Origin: the human T2T-CHM13v2.0 reference genome, Homo sapiens
Length of the DNA stretch: 64,000 nucleotides
Strand: one strand, 5' to 3'
Assembly: GCF_009914755.1 (NCBI RefSeq)
Contig: NC_060947.1
Part shown: piece after piece, positions 58,321 to 64,000 of the stretch
How positions within the stretch are numbered: the first letter of the stretch is position 1
Layout of the letters: each line of letters begins with the position of its first letter
Made by a program: the position numbers and the translations under genes
Notes under the pieces: model-generated
Told to the model about the DNA's origin: nothing
What the model saw: the letters and a program-made list of their open reading frames with translations, nothing else
Databases searched by the model: none

Positions 58321-59839
58321 TGCTTATTTGGAAGTTTCTTTTTGGGATGTGGTATGCTTTATGAGCAAAAGGCCCATAATTGTCCAGATTAACTACCTGT
58401 CACTAGAGGCAGAAATAATTCAATAACTCAGCAGCCAACTCTCTTATTCAAACAACACTGAATGACATGTTTGTGGCTTCCTTTTCCTTGTATATAAATA
58501 GCACCAGCTTCAAAATGATTTGATCTTTGGTCAAGAGGTTATTACTGACTCTGATTTAGAGATACAATTAACTTCCCATCAATAACTGTGTTCAACCTAA
58601 AATAATTATAATAATAAATATTATTTTATTGGCAAGATTTTTGTCTGGAGGTAGGGTTCACTGTTTTACCCTTGTAAGTGAGCTGCTGAGAATGAAGTAA
58701 TAAAAATTAGTTATTTTGACTACTCATGCAACATTGTCTGCCTGCTTGGCGTTATGTGTTAAGAACATTTAATTAAGGATGGGTGAAATTGTCATTCATT
58801 TATTTATTAAAATATTTGTGACACAACACCCACATCTCCAGTACTGTCATCTTAGGTACTAAGTACTGTAGGATTTTTCTGCCCTCACACATTGTATCCC
58901 TTTAAATCTAGTATACTTTTCCTTCTTTTGTGCATTCATTCATTCATTCATCCTTTCATTCATTCATCTCCTTAATAAATATTGGAATGAACCCTTTTTC
59001 TGTCTGAGAAACTGTGTTAGTGCTCTGGAAGTTGGAACTCCGTAGGCTTGCCTATGATAAGACACCTGACACAAAGGAGACAATAAAGTAATTTTTATGA
59101 AAAATAAAAAATTGAAATATTACTGATGAGCAAAAATACATATTTTATCCAAGCAAAAGCCATACTTTCTGAAACTCCACGATTTGTGTTTTTGTGCTTG
59201 TACGTTTTACTTTTTTTCCTTTACAGTGCTGCCACTGAGTTAACATATCAATAGATGCACAACCCACCAGTGGATATAATTAATGCTTGGAAATTGTGGC
59301 TTTCAGAAAGTCCCACCAAGCACAGGAAAATGTCTTAATTTGACAGTGGGCCTGACCAAATGCTAGTTTGTTTGGAAAGACAAAACTAGCCAGTTATGCA
59401 GTGTATGGTCTATAATCTGACAGAAGGAGACCAAAACCTACCTAGCTATTTCCATCCAGTGGCCTTGGTTCCAACAATAGTGCCATTTACAGCAAGACTA
59501 TTAAATATCCTTGCATGGCATCACCTTATATAAACATAGTGGTGAGGGACCAGAAGCCTGGGGACAGAACATGTGCTGCAGCCCTCTTGTCCACCCAGTG
59601 GGGACCTTCCAGGCCACATTAGACTCACACAGGGAGGGTGATGAAGTGCTTGCTCTGCACTTTATTTGCCTCTAGTTGTTGTCTATGGATTCCTTTCCTG
59701 TAATAGGCACTTGTTTGGCTACTGTACTTGAGCTATTGTATGATTTCAGCTCAGGAGTTTGGATGCAGTAGCCGGCGAGGACTATGAACATAGTAGTGAG
59801 AGACCAGCCATTAAAAATGGAAGAGGAAAGGAATAGTTA

Positions 59840-60070
59840 ATAGGCATATATTATGTGCTTGGCACTCTGTTAGGCCTTTATGCACATTATCTCATGTGTA
59901 CCTCCCAACAATACTATGAACAATACTATGAAGCTAGTATTGTATCCCTACTGTGTTGCAGAGAGAACAGCCACTTTCTCAAAGCCACACAGTAAAGCAT
60001 GGAGCCAGGATACCATCCCAAGTATTCCACCATATGCTTTATTCAATTCGCCACACTGACTACTACATTA
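59840..60070 (-). mobile_element. MIR SINE
   Basis: TTATGTGCTTGGCACTCTGTTAGGCCTTTATGCACATTATCTCAT. Confidence 0.65.
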
Positions 60071-61146
60071 TCTTCCTTTGTTGAATCAGGAAATGACGTA
60101 TATGATATCTACTGAAGATGGGTCATTCTCTTGTTTGTCTTAGGCTAACCAGTGTCACAATTTTGAAAATGTTAACTAAAAACATTTTAGGAATCTTAAA
60201 AAGTCTATCTCAATATTTATGAATAAGAGTCCCCCTTCCTCACCACTTCCACCAAATAACAGAGGCAGTGAAACCCAATGTCTACTAAATGGTTCTTTAT
60301 AAACATGTTTTTTCATAAATTTTGTGCATTTGTATTTTTTGTGTACCTTCAACTGGTTTGAGTATGTACGGAGACACAGGTGTGAGAACTGGAAGAACAC
60401 TGAAAGATCATCTAGCATGTCTGACAGATGCAGAAATTTAGATCCAGAGAAGGAGACTGTTATTCTCTCCAAAAATCACCCAGCAAGCAAGTGAAAACAC
60501 TAGAACTTCACCTTGAAGAAAATGTCATTGTGTGCCTATAGCTATAAATTAGGTCGCCCAGACTTATTAGGCATCGATTCATATAAGAATAGACCCTTAG
60601 TTTTGCAGAGGTTTGACAGATATGCACAAGTGGCTTGCTTGGGAATTACATGTATCTCAGGCTTTAAAGCAAGAGATGGCATGTTATCTTTGATGCTGGA
60701 AAGACCAAAGACCCAGGAAAATAATTTTTCATCCAAGAATGTGCAAACAAATAGTTTCTCAGATTCTCTGATGCACAGTTCTCTTTGAGAGTCTGTGTAT
60801 ATTTATGCACATATCCACCTTTAGTTATTCTTTCTTTCAATCCTATGTTTAGCTTTTAGGAATTTAAACAATGTGCAATTTTTGTTTTGTTTTGTTTTGC
60901 ATTTCATTAAGGCACATGAAGACTATGTTGGAACACTTGGGCTAAAATGTGGTTCTACCATATAGTTTATCAATTTTAAACAGGTAAAATATTGGTACAT
61001 ATGAGAATATTAAAATTTGTTTTTCTAGTACCTCCATCTTTTTTCCTGCTTATGTAAACAAATGAATGCAATTCATTGAGATTTCTTTATAGTAAAAGTA
61101 AGTGAATTGTACAAATAAGTTTCTGTTTCTTTTGAGTACCTAAATA

Positions 61147-64000
61147 TTTATTTTATTTTATTTTTCTTTAAGTTATTGGGGTACAGGTGGTATTTGGTTG
61201 CATGTGTAAGTTTTTTAGAGGTGATTTGTGAGATTTTGGTGCACCCATTACCCGAGCAGCATACACTGCACCCTATTTGTAGTCTTTTATCCCTCACCCC
61301 TCTCCCACTCTTCCCCGCAAGTCCCCAAAGTCCATTGTATCATTCTTATGCCTTTGTGTCCTCATAGTTTAGCTCCCACATATCAGTGAGGACATACAAT
61401 TTTTGTTTTTCCATTCCTGAGTTACTTCACTTAGAATAATAGTCTCCAGTCTCATCCAGATCAGTGCAAATACTGTTAATTCATTCCTTTTTATGGCTGC
61501 ATAGTATTCAATTGTATATCTATACCACAGTTTCTTTATCTACTCATTGATTGATGGGCATTTGGGTTTGTTCCATGATTTTGCAATTGTAAATTGTGCT
61601 GCTATTAACATGCATGTGTGAGTATCTTTTTCCTATAATGATCTGTTTTCCTCTGGTTAGATACCCAGTAGTGGGATTGCTGGATCAAATGGTAGTTCTA
61701 CTTTTAGTTCTTTAAGGAATCTCCACACTGTTTTCCATAGTGGCTGTACTAGTTTATATTCCCACCAGCAGTGTAGAAGTGTTCCCTGGTCACCGCATCC
61801 ATGCCAACATCTACTGTTTTTTGATTTTTTGATCATGGCCATTCTTGCAGGAGTGAGGTGGTATCACATTGTGCTTTTGATTTGCATTTCCCTGATCACT
61901 AGTGATGTTGAGCATTTTTTTCATATGTTTGTTGGTCATTTGTATATCTTCTTTTGAGAATTGTCTATTCATGTCCTTAGCCCATTTTTTGATGGGATTT
62001 TTTTTTTCTTAATGATTTGTTTGAGTTCGTTGTAGATTCTGGATATTAGTCCTTTGTTAGATGTATACATTGTGAAGATTTTCTCCCACTCTGTGGGTTG
62101 TCTGTTTACTCTGCTGACTGTTCCTTTTGCCATGCAAAAGCTCTCTAGTTTAATTAGGTCCCAGCTATTTATCTTTGTTTTTATTGCATTTGCTTTGGGT
62201 TCTTGGTCATTAAATCTTTGCCTAAGCTAATGTCTAGAAGGGTTTTTCCAATGTTATCTTCTAGAATTTTTATAGTTTCAGGTCTTAGATTTAAGTTCTT
62301 AATCCATCTTGTGTTGATTTTTGTATAACGTGACAGATGAGGCTCCAGTTTCATTATCCTACATATGGCTAGCTAATTATCCCAGCACCATTTGTTGAAA
62401 AGGGTGTCTTTTCCCCACTTTGTGATTTTGTTTGCTCTGTAGAAGATCAGTTGGGTGTAAGTATTTGGGTTAATTTCTAGGTTCTCTATTTTATTCCATT
62501 GGTCTCTGTGCCTATTTTTATAGCAGTACCACACTGTTTTGGTGACTATGGCCTTATAATATAGCTTGAAATCAGGTAGTGTGATGCCTCCAGATTTGTT
62601 CTTTTTGCTTAGTCTTGCGTTGGCTGTGCAGGCTCCTTTTTGGTTCCATATGAATTTTAGAATTGTTTTTTTCTAATTCTGTGAAGCATGATGGTGGTAT
62701 TTTAATGGAGATTGTGTTGAATTTGTAGATTGCTTTCGGCAGTATGCTCATTTTTATAATATTGATTCTACCCATCCATAAGCATGGAATGTGTTTTCAT
62801 TTGTTTGTGTCATCTATGATTTCTTTCAACAGTGTTTTGTAGTTTTCCTTGTAGATGTTTTTTTCTCCTTTGTTAGGTATATTCCTAAGTATTTTATTTT
62901 ATTTTTGCAGCTATTGTAAAAGGGGTTGAGTTCTTGATTTGATTCTTTGCTTGGTCGCTGTGGTGTATAGCAGAGCTACTGATTTGTGTACATTAATCTT
63001 GTATCTGGAAACTTTGTTGAATTCTTTTATCAGTTCAAGGAGCTTTCTGGAGGAGTCCTTAGGGTTTTCAAAGTAAATGATCATATCATCAGCAAACAGT
63101 TGACAGTTTGACTTTCCCTTTACCGATTTGGATGCACTCTATTTCTTTCTCTTGTCTGATTACTCTGGCTAGGGCTTCCAGTACTATGTTGAAGAGGAGT
63201 GGTGAGAGTGGGCATCCTTGTCTTGTTCCAGTTCTCAGAGTGAATGCTTTCAACTTTTCCCCATTCAGTATTATGTTGGCTGTGGGTTTGTCATAGATGG
63301 CTTTTATTACATTAAGGTATGTTCCTTGTATACCAATTTTGCTGAGAGTTTTAATCATAAAGCGATGTTGGGTTTTGCTGAATGCTTTTTCTGCATCTAT
63401 TGAGATGATCATGTGATTTTTGTTTTTAATTCTGTTTATGTGGTTTGTCACATTAGTCGATTTGCATATGTTAAACCATCCCTGCATCTGTGGTGTGAAA
63501 CCCACTAGATCATGGTGGATTATCTTTTTAATATGTTGTCGGATTCGGTTAGCTAGTGTTTTGTTAAGGATTTTAGCATCTATATTCATCAAGGATATCG
63601 GTCTGTAGTTTTCTTTTTGGTTATGTCCTTTCCTGGTTTTAGTATTAGGGTGCTGCTGGCTTCATAGAATGAATTAGGGAGGGTTCTTTCTTTCTCTATC
63701 TTGTGGAATAGTGTCAAAATGATTGGTACCAATTCTTCTTTAAATGTCTGGTAGAATTCTGCTGTGAATCCGTCTGGTCCTGGACTTTTTTTTTGTCGGT
63801 AATTTTTAAATTACCATTTCAATCTCACTGCTTGTTATTGGTCTGTTAAGAGTATCTAATACTTCCTGATTTAAGCTAGGAGGGTTGTATTGTTCCAGGA
63901 ATTTATCCATCTCTTCTAGGTTTTCTAGTTTATGTGTGTAAAGGTGTTCATAGTAGCCTTGAATGATCTTCTGTATTTCAGTGGTGTCAGTTGTAATATC
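61147..64000 (-). mobile_element. L1PB1-like LINE: 3'UTR and decayed ORF2 (RT), continuing past the window end
   Basis: L1PB 3'UTR GGGGTACAGGTGGTATTTGG..AGTCCCCAAAGTCCATTGTATCATTCTTATGCC. ORF2 fragments [28 protein letters not shown] (63089-63592), [17 protein letters not shown] and [13 protein letters not shown]. Confidence 0.93.

Noticed and set aside
63089-63592. Reverse-transcriptase-like ORF
   Set aside because: It is decayed L1PB ORF2, not a novel RT system.

Overview
This is AT-rich, CpG-depleted primate (human or great-ape) genomic DNA. I recognise no protein-coding exon, CpG island, tRNA or rRNA. It is probably part of a large intron, with a weak inference of + strand transcription from repeat orientation. 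Most of the window is interspersed repeat: five Alus (AluY x2, AluS x2, one AluJ split by an AluS), three short young L1PA 3' ends, an L1PB1 running off the window end, L1MB/ME pieces, MLT1/LTR16C/MER21-group LTRs, Tigger3a and many old L2/MIR/L3 fragments. The ORFs in the track are either repeat-derived or unsupported. Signals not explained by standard repeats: (1) a ~97-bp inverted copy of unique sequence from 39081-39178 inserted at 29520-29616, inside an Alu-in-Alu and between TA-rich tracts, with an abortive 13-bp pre-copy; (2) a 5'-truncated, polyadenylated 3'UTR retrocopy at 34125-34758 that resembles the SEPTIN14 3'UTR as I recall it; (3) a 28-bp-stem pre-miRNA-sized hairpin at 46443-46516; (4) an exact 21-bp repeat 761 bp apart; (5) an L1 with a double poly(A) tail and almost no target-site duplication. 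I see no evidence of a new multi-gene system. The best lead is a cluster of template-switch or end-joining footprints. Repeat subfamily names come from recalled consensus sequences, and boundaries of old repeats are approximate.
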